A stretch of DNA of 64,000 nt from Bacteroidota bacterium (GTDB lineage: Bacteria > Bacteroidota > Bacteroidia > UKL13-3): the NCBI GenBank assembly GCA_030680835.1, contig JAUXUD010000104.1, forward strand, positions 25,051-89,050. Direction: 5' to 3'. Shown piece after piece: positions 49,312 through 60,142 of the stretch. The notes under the pieces are model-generated. The model searched no databases. It was given only the letters and a program-made list of their open reading frames with translations, and was not told the origin of the DNA. How positions within the stretch are numbered: position 1 is the first letter of the stretch; every line of letters starts with the position of its first letter. The translations under genes were made by a program, and so were the position numbers.

Positions 49312-50175
49312 ATGGAAATGCAAAACACTGAGGAGGCAGATAAAATCTTCAATGACATTCAATCTCTACGCGATTCATTGAACCCTAACAATCCAGTTAG
49401 GGTTCAAAAGCAGCCTGGAGAAAATAAAATTCTTGAAAACATATTTGCCATTGAGGCAATTAATAAACGAATGAAGGTACTGGAAGAACAGATCAGGACA
49501 CACCCATTGGATTTTATGAGTATTTTAGTATGGGAAGTTCAACTAGAAAAGCTGGGCAATGATGCGGAACACTTACAGAAGCAAAACCAAAAGCTATCTA
49601 AATCATTTAGTCAAAGCTTTCCAGCATCACCACATACAATACCTAAACAATCCAGAAAAGTGAACCCCTTAACAGGATACGCTCCTATTTCTATGTCATC
49701 ACTTGCTCCAAACATCAAAACTGATTTTGAATTAAAGGAAATCCAAAACAAATTAAATGAAGTCTACGAACGGAAAGATTTTCTTTTCATGGAAATCCAA
49801 AATAGTGCAACCGGAATAGCTGATCCTTTGATTCAAAAAGAACTTGACGAAATTACCCAGCTGGAAGCTTCAATTGTCTCAAAACTGGAAGAAATTCAAC
49901 TTTCAAAAGAAGCTAATGTGTTAATGAATACAAATCAAGTGACTGAACCATATTCTGAAATTAAATTTTCGCAGGTTAAAATACCAGATTCAATCACTGA
50001 ACAAGATAATAATAATACGATTAACTCAAACTCTCCCAACTTTTCTGAAAATGAAATCAAAGGGATAACTTACAATAACGAAGATGAACGCAATAATGAA
50101 TTAAATGAAATTCAAAGTGTTCGTGAGGAAATGGAGGAAATAGATAATCCCGATATAGATGATCCGGATATTTAG
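49312..50175 (+). CDS. Coiled-coil protein with acidic tail, hypothetical
   Basis: 287-aa ORF, heptad-rich, ends in Asp/Glu/Asn-rich repeats. Confidence 0.4.
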   Translation: MEMQNTEEADKIFNDIQSLRDSLNPNNPVRVQKQPGENKILENIFAIEAINKRMKVLEEQIRTHPLDFMSILVWEVQLEKLGNDAEHLQKQNQKLSKSFSQSFPASPHTIPKQSRKVNPLTGYAPISMSSLAPNIKTDFELKEIQNKLNEVYERKDFLFMEIQNSATGIADPLIQKELDEITQLEASIVSKLEEIQLSKEANVLMNTNQVTEPYSEIKFSQVKIPDSITEQDNNNTINSNSPNFSENEIKGITYNNEDERNNELNEIQSVREEMEEIDNPDIDDPDI

Positions 50176-50242
50176 AGACCTTGAAAAATAAAAAACTGCC
50201 AAATCATAATGACTCAGCAGTTCAATAATTTTAGCAACCTTT

Positions 50243-50827
50243 TTAAATTAAGGGCTGCAGTTTTTTGGGAAATTTAACTTTAGGCCACCCTTTTTTTAAG
50301 GTTTCAATCACCAAAAAGTAAGTATCTTCCCAGGTACCTTTGAAATGGTAAAGTTCAGGAAATTCCTCAAGGTCAGTTAAAGTGGTTAAAACAAACCGGG
50401 CTGTTCCATCAGCTTTCAAATAAATACCAATGGATTTGTCTGCACCCAGATGAGCGACTGAAGGAAAGAAGTATGATTCTATTATCACATTCTCTTTAAT
50501 CGCCTCTGGATTGTCATCAGTCATTTCTTCATGAATAACTGCCTGAATATAACCATTTTGATCAGGGAAATTACTGAACAATTTCCTCCATTTTTCTAAA
50601 TGGGGCCAAATTGTTTTAAGGTTCCAAACCTGAATTTCAAACGACATGTCAATTGGAGTCTTTTCAACTAACTTCTTTGATATTAGCTCGTTCGAGGCAG
50701 GTAATGAAGATAAGAATGATTTAATGGTTTCAAGTTGACTCCGGTTAAGGTTTAAACCCATTCCAATCCTGTCCTTGATTTCTGTGAGAGATTCAAGATC
50801 TCTGATTTTTAAAATTGCATCGTTCAT
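50243..50827 (-). CDS. Hypothetical protein
   Basis: 194-aa ORF, no motif. Confidence 0.4.
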   Translation of the reverse strand: MNDAILKIRDLESLTEIKDRIGMGLNLNRSQLETIKSFLSSLPASNELISKKLVEKTPIDMSFEIQVWNLKTIWPHLEKWRKLFSNFPDQNGYIQAVIHEEMTDDNPEAIKENVIIESYFFPSVAHLGADKSIGIYLKADGTARFVLTTLTDLEEFPELYHFKGTWEDTYFLVIETLKKGWPKVKFPKKLQPLI

Positions 50828-51004
50828 GTTTTTGTTTGTTAGTGGTTTCTAAAACGACCATTGCAAAACAGACGCTTAAGAAACCACACAACTTCCACAT
50901 GAATATCTTACTTGTATTATATACTATTATTGGATTTTGTCAATACCTGTTAAGGGTTTCCATAAATTCATTTTTAGCCTTTAAACACAGAACAAATCCA
51001 GTAT

Positions 51005-52126
51005 TTAGGGTATTAGTTGCCTATATTTATTCAGATACTTTTGTGCCACATTATCCCAACTCCATGACGAACCTAACTGATGATTATGTAACATAATTTC
51101 ACTCCAATGTTCCCTTTTATCCATAATTGCTAAAATGGCATCTGAAAAATCAGAAGCCTGGAAGGAATTTGAAAGCACCCCTGATTTATTATTAATTATT
51201 GAGGAAGCAAATTGAAAAGGGGTTGATACAATTGGTCGACCAGAAGCAAGCATTAAAGCTAACACTCCACTTGAACTTTGCTCCTTTCTGGTATACGGTA
51301 CCAGGCATACATCCGCTAATTGAATTAACTTTATTAATTCATCTTGAGTTTGGTATTCGCCAATAACTTTTACATTATCCACTAAACTCAAATCATTAAT
51401 TTGATTCAATATTTCTTTACGATAATCTTGGGCTGTTTCATTTCTTGGATGGTTTGATCCAACTATTAAATACTGAAACTTTGGAATCACTGACTTTATT
51501 TTCGTCAATGCTTGTAATGCAATCTCATAACCTTTTGTATTACGCATATATCCGGTAGAAATAAATACTATTTCTGGGAAGCCAGTGCGCTCGGAATTTT
51601 GAATGGGTTCAGTAAAATCAATTTCTGGAACCCCATGAGGTATTACCTCAATTTTTAAAGCTGTAATTTTATATTTTGAGATTAAATATTCTTTTGATTC
51701 ACTACTAAAGACAAAAATAGCATCACTCCGATTCACCAATTTACTAAAAACAACTTCTCTTTTTTCGGGTAATTCAGGGTTTACTGTATGTAGCGTTGAA
51801 ACAATTGGTTTCGAAATATTATCTAATAAGGTATTTAGATTCTCTCCATCAGGTTTGCCGTATATTTTAAATTCGTGTTGAATATCCACTATATCTACCG
51901 CATTTGAATTTAAATAACCGCATATATTCAAGAAGCTTTCTTTATCAGCTTCCTCAATTACCTTCCTTTTGGGACTTATTTTATCATTCTCAGAAATATT
52001 TAATTCTATTTCTTGGATATCAAAATCAGATGAGTTTTTTAAAAGGCAGTTGATTAGACCATGTGAATAACTGGCAATCCCACATTTTGTTGGGAGATAT
52101 GTGCTTATCAATGCAACTTTATTCAT
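51005..52126 (-). CDS. Glycosyltransferase family 4 (GT-B, group-1 glycosyl transferase)
   Basis: C-terminal EQSSSGVLALMLASGRPIVSTPF (E-x7-E-like donor-binding motif). Confidence 0.75.
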   Translation of the reverse strand: MNKVALISTYLPTKCGIASYSHGLINCLLKNSSDFDIQEIELNISENDKISPKRKVIEEADKESFLNICGYLNSNAVDIVDIQHEFKIYGKPDGENLNTLLDNISKPIVSTLHTVNPELPEKREVVFSKLVNRSDAIFVFSSESKEYLISKYKITALKIEVIPHGVPEIDFTEPIQNSERTGFPEIVFISTGYMRNTKGYEIALQALTKIKSVIPKFQYLIVGSNHPRNETAQDYRKEILNQINDLSLVDNVKVIGEYQTQDELIKLIQLADVCLVPYTRKEQSSSGVLALMLASGRPIVSTPFQFASSIINNKSGVLSNSFQASDFSDAILAIMDKREHWSEIMLHNHQLGSSWSWDNVAQKYLNKYRQLIP

Positions 52127-53006
52127 TGCACGATTCTATCTTAATATCTTTCACTTCTATTTTAAAATCGTTTCCATCAGCCCAGGCAAGCATGTAAACT
52201 TTCTGCCTGCTTTCTCTATTTAACAAGGTTTTAATTACTTCAATATTATTAATGGTGAAATGCAAAAATCCTTCATTATCAAAGGTCATTCCAATATCCA
52301 ACCAATTCTTTGATGCTAAAAGTTTAAGATATTTATCTCTATTTTCTAAAATGCCATTTCGATAAGTGGTTACAAATAATTCTTTGATTAAAAAGTTTTT
52401 TGCAATATGTATAACAAAATTATTATCCAAAGATTGAATGCTTCCGTCACCAAATAAACGGCCATCAGTTCGAAATAATTTAAATCCTAACCGGAAATAT
52501 TCAGAATCAGTTTTTACCTGGCAATTAATTTGCTTCACCAATTTTCCTTCTAAAGGCATTTCCAAAAAATCAGCCCACTGAGGTGTTGTTTTATTGCCCT
52601 TGGTTACCCATTTTTTTATAATTGTTGAAGCACTCGCTTGAACACGGCCCTCATTAATATTTTCTTCCAAATCACCATTTTCCAAAGCTAAAAACTTGGT
52701 GTAGTGGAGATCTTGTTTCTTAACATCTTTAGTGTGAATAATTGAACCGTAAGTAAATGGCAAGTTAAAACTTTTGCCGATTAAAGATAAGAAGTCATTT
52801 GAACCCGCCCGTTTTTGATTAAAAATAGCATGCATGTTTCTCCGATGGCTGATATTGTCGGTGAATATATTAAAATGAGTCGCACTGGTTAGAAAGAAAT
52901 CAAAATTATCAAACCCGGTGATTGTTTTATAATCTACGTAATTTTCTATATACCACTTTACAAATCGCATATACTTTTTTCGCTTTAAACTTTCTGGAAG
53001 TAGCAT
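52119..53006 (-). CDS. Hypothetical protein co-transcribed with the GT4 gene
   Basis: 295-aa ORF overlapping the GT4 start by 8 nt. Confidence 0.45.
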   Translation of the reverse strand: MLLPESLKRKKYMRFVKWYIENYVDYKTITGFDNFDFFLTSATHFNIFTDNISHRRNMHAIFNQKRAGSNDFLSLIGKSFNLPFTYGSIIHTKDVKKQDLHYTKFLALENGDLEENINEGRVQASASTIIKKWVTKGNKTTPQWADFLEMPLEGKLVKQINCQVKTDSEYFRLGFKLFRTDGRLFGDGSIQSLDNNFVIHIAKNFLIKELFVTTYRNGILENRDKYLKLLASKNWLDIGMTFDNEGFLHFTINNIEVIKTLLNRESRQKVYMLAWADGNDFKIEVKDIKIESCNE

Positions 53007-53398
53007 AGATATTGGGATTTATTAGATTTTATAGGTTTAATAGGACTTCATAATATTAGAGAAAATCCTGCTTTTATTTTTGAAACCACAATGAGGAACA
53101 TAAACAGAAAATCTCTAACAATAAATACCGAAAGTATGAAAAATCAAGAACAAATCAAATTTCAATTTTTTAACCCTTTAAACCCAATAACAAATGGCAC
53201 AAACATTTAAAAGGTCTCAGGACCAAAAATCAGACAATGAAAACATAAAATTCACCCGCTTCTTCAAAAGCCTTAATAAAGAAAACCAGGCTTTTTTTAG
53301 CAAAGCTGATCCGGCAGTTAAAAATCTGGTTGGTAAAAAACTGTTAGCAAATTTCAAACACATAAAAAAATAACACACTCTTAAACCAATAAATACAA

Positions 53399-54490
53399 AT
53401 GAAAACACAAGAATTCAAAAGGTTCTCTGACCCAGAGTTGGAGGCCAATTTAAAAACAGCCAAATCAGACGAATTGGAGCTAATCAAATTAGAATCCAGG
53501 AAAATGGCAACCCGACCTCTTCACCTTCCTTTATTATGTGGAGACCACATGTCTTCATATTTTGAAGATTTCCACCTTTTCTATCAATCCCTGATAGAAT
53601 CCATCAACAAAAGGCTTCAAAAAGCTACTACTGTAAATTCTGTCATTCAAAAAAGAGAGGCCACCTCCAAAAAAACACTCGCCTTGTCCAATATCATTAA
53701 TGAGACGGACAAGAAATTACTGGTTGTTAATAAAGAGTTGGAGAGCAAGCCTAAGCCTCCTAACCAGAATAATCATAAATGGGTTATGATTATCATCGGA
53801 TTTTTAAGCCTGTTCGATGGTTTTTTCAGCATCCCAATTTTCGAAAGTTACGGTTATTCATATTTCGAATCATGTATAGCTGGTTTAATGTTCTCTATTA
53901 TCCTGGCCTTTTTCGCTCACATGTTTCCGAAAATAATTGCTTTCGGGAAAAACAGAATACAGAGAATTTTAATCACATTAGTGTTAACGATTTTAAGTAT
54001 TGGATTGTTCATCTGGATGTCCATGAGCCGAGTTGCCTACTTGGAAGGAAATGCCCTTGCTAATGGTGCCACCATCAGTTACAACCCTATTCCGTTCATC
54101 TTAACTTCTATATTGATAATCGGAGTTTCAATCTTCGTATCATTTATCTACTACCCGACAAAAGAAGAATTCAAAGCCATCCGGGAATACAATAAACTGG
54201 AGGACGAGAAAGCGGAGCTTCTCAACACAAAAAAGGCATCAGAAGATGAAATTGAGACCTTGGAAAAAGAACAGGATGAATTTATATCGGCTCATGGATC
54301 ACTAATTGTTTACGCCTCAAACCTTGAGAAGAATGTAATAGCCGATGCAAAATCTGCTTACGCGGTTTATAAAAAAAACAATCTGATGAACCGGTCTGAT
54401 GGTAAGCCGGACTGTTTCGACCAGCCATACCCTTTCGATTTTGTTTTGTATTTCATCACCATTAAATTATTACGCAATGAAAACGACTAA
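53399..54490 (+). CDS. Membrane protein with N-terminal coiled coil, hypothetical
   Basis: Four TM helices in the central region. 363 aa. Confidence 0.45.
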   Translation: MKTQEFKRFSDPELEANLKTAKSDELELIKLESRKMATRPLHLPLLCGDHMSSYFEDFHLFYQSLIESINKRLQKATTVNSVIQKREATSKKTLALSNIINETDKKLLVVNKELESKPKPPNQNNHKWVMIIIGFLSLFDGFFSIPIFESYGYSYFESCIAGLMFSIILAFFAHMFPKIIAFGKNRIQRILITLVLTILSIGLFIWMSMSRVAYLEGNALANGATISYNPIPFILTSILIIGVSIFVSFIYYPTKEEFKAIREYNKLEDEKAELLNTKKASEDEIETLEKEQDEFISAHGSLIVYASNLEKNVIADAKSAYAVYKKNNLMNRSDGKPDCFDQPYPFDFVLYFITIKLLRNEND

Positions 54491-55193
54491 AATATTAACC
54501 ACATTCTTTTTAGTATGCTTCTGCATTGCATGTTCAAAAGAAGAGAATATCCCATTCGATACAGAAATTATCGACTTGGTCGACAGGACGAACATTATGC
54601 CATTACGGCCTGATTCAACTTCATTAATCACTTTAGCCGGGTTGGAGCAATCTAAATGGTCGGGAGTTAAAGTGGAGGTAAGCCTAATATCTGATCGAGA
54701 TGTCAACTTCACCTATACGGCCAAAATTGCTAAAGAGAACGCATGGTATGGAAACAAAACCATGCGTTCCATTCAGATTCAGAAATTCAAACGAGAGCTG
54801 AATAACATAATTGAAAAAATTTATGCCGACACATTTTCAGAATTACCGAGGTCAATTATATACCGCACAGTCGCCATTAAACTGAACCAGTTGGCCAAAA
54901 GTTCAGCAAGACGTAAAATCTGCTGTATTTATTCGGACTTGTTAGAAAAGTCAAACATAGATTTTTACTCGCCGGTATACCGCAAATGGATTCTGGAAGA
55001 TCCTGGCTTAGTCATTACCGAATTTACAAAAGAAATGCCTTTAAGCAACCTGGCCGGTATTGAAGTCCATTTTATGTACTTCCCCAAAGGATATGATGAC
55101 AACAATTTTTATATGGCAATAGTTAAGATTTACCGGAGCATGATTGAAAAAGCTGGCGGACATGTTTTTGTAGAAAGTAATATCAACTACTAA
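54477..55193 (+). CDS. Lipoprotein, hypothetical (start at the internal Met of listed ORF 54399-55193)
   Basis: MKTTKILTTFFLVCFCIACSKEEN lipobox. Overlaps the upstream stop by 14 nt. Confidence 0.5.
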   Translation: MKTTKILTTFFLVCFCIACSKEENIPFDTEIIDLVDRTNIMPLRPDSTSLITLAGLEQSKWSGVKVEVSLISDRDVNFTYTAKIAKENAWYGNKTMRSIQIQKFKRELNNIIEKIYADTFSELPRSIIYRTVAIKLNQLAKSSARRKICCIYSDLLEKSNIDFYSPVYRKWILEDPGLVITEFTKEMPLSNLAGIEVHFMYFPKGYDDNNFYMAIVKIYRSMIEKAGGHVFVESNINY

Positions 55194-55208
55194 ACCCTAT
55201 ATCCTAAT

Positions 55209-55469
55209 ATGCAGATAGACTTTATAACCCGTGCTGATCTACTTGAGTTCCGCAACCAACTCCTGACAGAACTGAAAGCTATTATTATCAGTAATGAAAA
55301 GCCTGAGCCCGGACAGTATCTTAAGAGTGGGCAGGTTCGGAAAATACTTAACATTTCTGCTGGCACCCTGCAAAACCTTCGAATTACCGGCAAACTACAC
55401 CCAACCAAAATAGCCGGTACACTGTATTATTCTTTGGATGAGATTCAATCCCTTTTAAGCGGAAAATAA
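55209..55469 (+). CDS. Excisionase-like HTH_17 (MerR-superfamily) DNA-binding protein
   Basis: LKSGQVRKILNISAGTLQNLRITGKLHPTKIAGTLYYSLDEIQSLL. Confidence 0.6.
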   Translation: MQIDFITRADLLEFRNQLLTELKAIIISNEKPEPGQYLKSGQVRKILNISAGTLQNLRITGKLHPTKIAGTLYYSLDEIQSLLSGK

Positions 55470-55472
55470 CAC

Positions 55473-55772
55473 ATGAACCTGTCTAGCGCAATAGTGTTGT
55501 TTTATCAGTTAGCTGAGAAGGACGCCAATATCAGTCCTTCTCATATAGCTATCTATAACGCCCTGTTGTTTGTTTGGTCAGAACAGAAAATTATGCCATT
55601 GTCGATCACCAGGTCGAGACTGATGCGCCTAGCTAAAATCCGTGGCACGGCTACTTTTTCGAAAGTTATTCGTGATCTTAATAAGATGGGCTATTTGAGT
55701 TATATACCCTCATTTGATCCTGCCGGTAAAACTCAAATATTTTTACAGCTCGGAACCGAACCAATAATTTAA
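55473..55772 (+). CDS. Hypothetical small protein, possible DNA-binding partner of the excisionase-like gene
   Basis: 99-aa ORF 4 nt downstream. Confidence 0.4.
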   Translation: MNLSSAIVLFYQLAEKDANISPSHIAIYNALLFVWSEQKIMPLSITRSRLMRLAKIRGTATFSKVIRDLNKMGYLSYIPSFDPAGKTQIFLQLGTEPII

Positions 55773-55776
55773 TTTT

Positions 55777-55918
55777 ATATATTTGCACAACGAATTAAAG
55801 TAAGCAAAACGAGCCGGTGAGTATTTCGGTGAGTTTTGATTTTTGCTTCATTTAAAGTATTGGGAATAAGATCAGGCCGGCTGTTATTCGAATCTCTCCA
55901 GCTCCAAACTTAATAACC
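55777..55918 (+). repeat. Repeat A (about 140 bp) with tRNA-3'-end-like tail, left flank of the ROCO-TIR gene
   Basis: ATATATTTGC...AATTAAAGTAAGCAAAAC...GGTGAGTATTTCGGTGAGTTTTGATTT...AAAGTATTG...TTATTCGAATCTCTCCAGCTCCA. Paralogous to 60143-60275 and 60354-60447. Confidence 0.7.
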
Positions 55919-55972
55919 TAATATCTGATTAACCCCGAATGTTGAAATGGGTATTTAAATTCCAAATATAGT

Positions 55973-58900
55973 TTATATTGATTCAAACAATTTTTTTTCT
56001 CGGAACTCTTTAATAATATTAGTCCAAAACAAAGCCTTTTCCTCATCATTTAACCCACTAATTTTACCATTATTACGTAAGTCATTGTCAATAGATAAAA
56101 TTTTTCCCCTTTGTGCAGCCTGATATTTTCCTAACTTAGAACTTTCCCAATCACAAGCTTTAATAATAATTGGAATGATAATTTTGTTCTGTTCAATTGC
56201 ATATTCAATTTCTATCTGTTTGATGTAATCTGTGTTAAGAAATTTAACGCTAACTAAACAAATCAAAATATCAGACGAAGTAATTTGCCTTTTAATTTCT
56301 TCATCCCACTCTAGGCCAAATTCAATTTTTCTACAATTAAATGTTATTAGTCCTTCATCCTTCAAAGTTACTAAATGATCCTCAAAGTCCTGCAAATAGT
56401 TCTCATCGAATTTAGAGTATGAAATAAATAGCTTTTTTATTTTTTTTATTTTACTCTGCGTAAAAGAAGAAAAGTCGTATGCTAATATCTCGTTATAATT
56501 CATATTATCAATCCTGCCATTTAAAATTTTATATGCCTTTATTTTATAATTATCATTAATATTAAATAGTTCAGAATATCTTACATAATTCATATCGTCT
56601 ATTGAAATATATGCATCCAATGGTATGTAATCTTTTTCGGTTTGTAATGATTTCCATCCACTATATTGTCCAGAATTAGAATACTCAGTCGATTCTTCAA
56701 AAGACAAAGATTTAAATGCAATAAAATCTTCAAATTGAGGAATTCTAAAATGCTTTAAATCCCAGTAAAGTGCTAAAATACTATAAAACAAATATTCACA
56801 AATTAGCGCATCGGTTGATCTGGAGGAATCCAATCTTTCAAAGATTACATTTATTTTCAATTGCTCAAAATCCAAACTTATTAGAACTTTTGCTTCTTGG
56901 TGAAGCGTAAACAAAAGCTGATTTCGCCAGAACTTCTTAACATCTGGTTGAATGCCATAAAAACAAATCACCTGATTAATAAAACCAAATGGGATAAAAT
57001 CATTGAATTTTATAACAAAATTAGGTTTGTTTAAACCAAATACTGATAAGGTATAATCTGGATCATTATTTAATGCGAGAGGCAAAAAATTAGGAACAAT
57101 ATATTCCTCATTTAATCCATCCCTTGCGGGCTGATTTAAAAAAATTATTTTCTGCTCCCTTAAGAGAGTTAATAATATTTTATCATTAATTAGATCTTCA
57201 AACCTTTCTTTGGGGATAATTCCTTTTCCTAAAGTAATCAAATCTTTAATCAAAATATTTTCATGAATATACCTTACTAAATCAGATGGGCTTAACCAAA
57301 CCACATTTTCTAAGCCTTGAATATGTGGGTAATATAAAACCATACCATGACGATGTAAAATTGTTAAATTCGTAACTAAAGATTGGAGTTTTTTATTAGC
57401 ATCCACTTCAGTCAAATTGTAGTTTGGAAGTATTTCATTTAAGTATACATATTTATTTGTTCCATCATTCTGATTAAAAATGTAATCCAAAAAATCTATG
57501 TACCATTGTGGTTCTAGATTACTTCTATCATTATTAAAATTTGTAATTAATCTTTTTAAAAATGCAATAAAATGTCTTCTCCCAGATTCAAAATACTCAT
57601 CCTCCACAATGTCTGTGAATTTTTTAAACGATAAGTTAAAAGCACCTTTAAATCCAGGATATTTCTCATAATCTAAAATATCACTCGAATTTCCAGCCAT
57701 GTCAGCATATCCTTGAATTATTATATATGGATCAGCACCTAGGGATCTTTCCATATATATTTTTTGACCGAGCCAGTAATAGCGATTAAAATTCATTATT
57801 GGCAAAAAATCAGAGTCTACTGTAATTTCATTTTTATCCTTATCCTTATCAAATAGAATAATTTGTAAAGAATCATTGCTTAAGAATGCTCTATATAGAC
57901 CATGATAAAAATCCTGTCCACCAAAGTCAAAAAAAATTGCATTGGGAAGATTCAAACTTGTATTATCTTCGGAAATATAAAATTTCCTTATTCGTAAAAC
58001 GTGTGTACTTCCCTCTGTATATTGATTAATTATATAATCAAGTAATGATGATTTTCCACAAGCATGGTTACCTAATAAAATTATTTTTACTGGTAATCGG
58101 CATTCTAAATTATCTGCACCTAAATTTCTGCCAATTAATTCCTTTAGATAAGGTAAGTGGTTTTCATCCTTTTCTAAAATTAAATTGAATTTATTTAGAA
58201 ATGGATTATTCGCAATCTTTACTTCAGTACAAGTATTTTGATCAATGATATAGTTTAATTCACTTAAGTTTTCAATTGAATTATAATTTAAATTTATTTT
58301 TTTTAATGATTTTAAATTTCGCAATCCTCCAATAGTACAAATTTGATTATTTGAAAAGTTAATTTCTAATAAGTCACTGAGTTGTGGGAAATTATTTATT
58401 TCTGATAAGTTGTTTTTTTGTAAGCTTAGAGATGTAAGTGAATTTAATTTCTCTAAACCATTAGCTTGTGATATTTCATTATCATTTAAATTTAGCAACC
58501 TTAATCGACTTTGATTATTTAAACCCCGAATAACTTGAATATTATTTTCTCCTAATTTTAATTCCAGCAAGTTTATCAGCGACTCTAACTCTTTTATTTC
58601 ACTAATTTTATTCTTTTCCAAATTCAAAAATTCTAATTTATCCAAATAATTTAGCCCCTTTATTTCGATTATTTGATTTCGATCAAGTTTAAGATCACGC
58701 AATAAAATACAATTTTGTAACCCTTTAATTTCACTAATTTGATTATTGCTTAAATCAAGATAGCACACCTTGCGCAAATTTTCTAAGCCATTTATTTCAG
58801 TAATATTATTATCATTTAAAGATAGTGTCTTTAAATTTTCAAAGGCACTAATATCAATAATTCCATTTAATCTTCTATTACTTAAATCTAAGTTTATTAT

Positions 58901-59938
58901 TTGCCCTTCTTCATCCGTCTCATATTTAAATTCATGAATATTTATTTTTAATTTTTCTTCTAGTTCAAGTATTTGCTTTGGTTTAGAATTTGTTCGATTT
59001 TTTTTAAAAGATTCAATAAGAATATGGGCAGCCACTTCTTCCATTGGATTTTTCCTGTCTAATAATGGGTTTGTCTCCGTAATGTCTATACCAATGAATT
59101 TAGTATTTGTAATAAGATTACCCAATAAATATATTGATTCATTTATAGTAAGGCCCTCTGGCACTGGAGTGCCTGTACCATATGAAATGGTAGGGTCCAT
59201 CGTATCCACATCAAAAGAAACAAATATTAAATCAACATACTTAAGATGTTCTAAAGTCTTTTGAAGAATACTTTCAATACCAAAAGACTTTATGTCTTTT
59301 GGAGTAAAGTATTTAATATTCAATTCATGTAGTAATTTAGTCTCTTCCGAATCCAAGTCTCTAACATCAATTAATACAACATCTTCAGGTAACACCTTCG
59401 GTTTGATTTTCTTCTCACCTAACTCTAATAAATTTAACCATTTCCCCAAAGTATTGTCATCCACAGAATTGATCTTATTATTAGCGTTGTTTTGTCCTAA
59501 AGCTATTGATAGCGCCATTCCGTGCATATTTCCAGATGGAGTAGTAAATGGAGTATGCAAATCAGAATGAGCATCAATCCATACAACTCCCAGTTTCTTA
59601 TTTTCATATCTGTCTTTAATTGCACTTATTACCGCTGCACTAGAACTATGATCGCCTGATAAGACTACTAAATATTTATCATCTTTAAGTAGGTTTGAAA
59701 TCGAATCATATGATCTTTGGAAAACTTGTTCAATTGATTCAATATTATTGCAATAAGAATCGAAATTATTTTCACTTTCCAAATCATTTGTAATAATTTT
59801 GGTTAGCTCTGATGATTTTAAAATATCAGAACCAGACTTACTTATAACTTTATAAATTGCATGAGGGCCAAGTTTAGCCCCTCTTGTTCCAGCCCCGAAA
59901 TCTGAGTCAATTAGTATAATATTTATTTCAGGGTTCAT
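55973..59938 (-). CDS. 1321-aa multidomain protein: arginase/ureohydrolase-fold domain, leucine-rich repeats, Roc-type GTPase, COR-like region, C-terminal TIR domain
   Basis: Arginase motifs LSGDHSSS, IDAHSDLH, SFDVDTMDP (aa 1 to about 330). About 11 LRRs LxxLxLxxNxIxxI (aa about 335-600). G1 LLGNHACGKSS and G3 DFGGQ. C-terminal about 155 aa begin with the TIR motif KKLFISYSKFD and contain ...ILICLVSVKFLNTDYIKQIEIEYAIE. Confidence 0.8.
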   Translation of the reverse strand: MNPEINIILIDSDFGAGTRGAKLGPHAIYKVISKSGSDILKSSELTKIITNDLESENNFDSYCNNIESIEQVFQRSYDSISNLLKDDKYLVVLSGDHSSSAAVISAIKDRYENKKLGVVWIDAHSDLHTPFTTPSGNMHGMALSIALGQNNANNKINSVDDNTLGKWLNLLELGEKKIKPKVLPEDVVLIDVRDLDSEETKLLHELNIKYFTPKDIKSFGIESILQKTLEHLKYVDLIFVSFDVDTMDPTISYGTGTPVPEGLTINESIYLLGNLITNTKFIGIDITETNPLLDRKNPMEEVAAHILIESFKKNRTNSKPKQILELEEKLKINIHEFKYETDEEGQIINLDLSNRRLNGIIDISAFENLKTLSLNDNNITEINGLENLRKVCYLDLSNNQISEIKGLQNCILLRDLKLDRNQIIEIKGLNYLDKLEFLNLEKNKISEIKELESLINLLELKLGENNIQVIRGLNNQSRLRLLNLNDNEISQANGLEKLNSLTSLSLQKNNLSEINNFPQLSDLLEINFSNNQICTIGGLRNLKSLKKINLNYNSIENLSELNYIIDQNTCTEVKIANNPFLNKFNLILEKDENHLPYLKELIGRNLGADNLECRLPVKIILLGNHACGKSSLLDYIINQYTEGSTHVLRIRKFYISEDNTSLNLPNAIFFDFGGQDFYHGLYRAFLSNDSLQIILFDKDKDKNEITVDSDFLPIMNFNRYYWLGQKIYMERSLGADPYIIIQGYADMAGNSSDILDYEKYPGFKGAFNLSFKKFTDIVEDEYFESGRRHFIAFLKRLITNFNNDRSNLEPQWYIDFLDYIFNQNDGTNKYVYLNEILPNYNLTEVDANKKLQSLVTNLTILHRHGMVLYYPHIQGLENVVWLSPSDLVRYIHENILIKDLITLGKGIIPKERFEDLINDKILLTLLREQKIIFLNQPARDGLNEEYIVPNFLPLALNNDPDYTLSVFGLNKPNFVIKFNDFIPFGFINQVICFYGIQPDVKKFWRNQLLFTLHQEAKVLISLDFEQLKINVIFERLDSSRSTDALICEYLFYSILALYWDLKHFRIPQFEDFIAFKSLSFEESTEYSNSGQYSGWKSLQTEKDYIPLDAYISIDDMNYVRYSELFNINDNYKIKAYKILNGRIDNMNYNEILAYDFSSFTQSKIKKIKKLFISYSKFDENYLQDFEDHLVTLKDEGLITFNCRKIEFGLEWDEEIKRQITSSDILICLVSVKFLNTDYIKQIEIEYAIEQNKIIIPIIIKACDWESSKLGKYQAAQRGKILSIDNDLRNNGKISGLNDEEKALFWTNIIKEFREKKLFESI

Positions 59939-60142
59939 TTGAGAATAGGCTAATTTTTAAGCTCAAGGCTAATTCAGCTGATGTAAATTTTCATATTTGA
60001 CGAATTTAATTAAATGGATCAAAATTTCAATGTTTTCCTACTTATAATTTGAATATCAGCCCAAAAGGGTTATAGAACTATATTTTAACTGATGGTAAAT
60101 TATTTTATTTTTAATGTAGTTTAAAATTAAAACCTTAAATTA

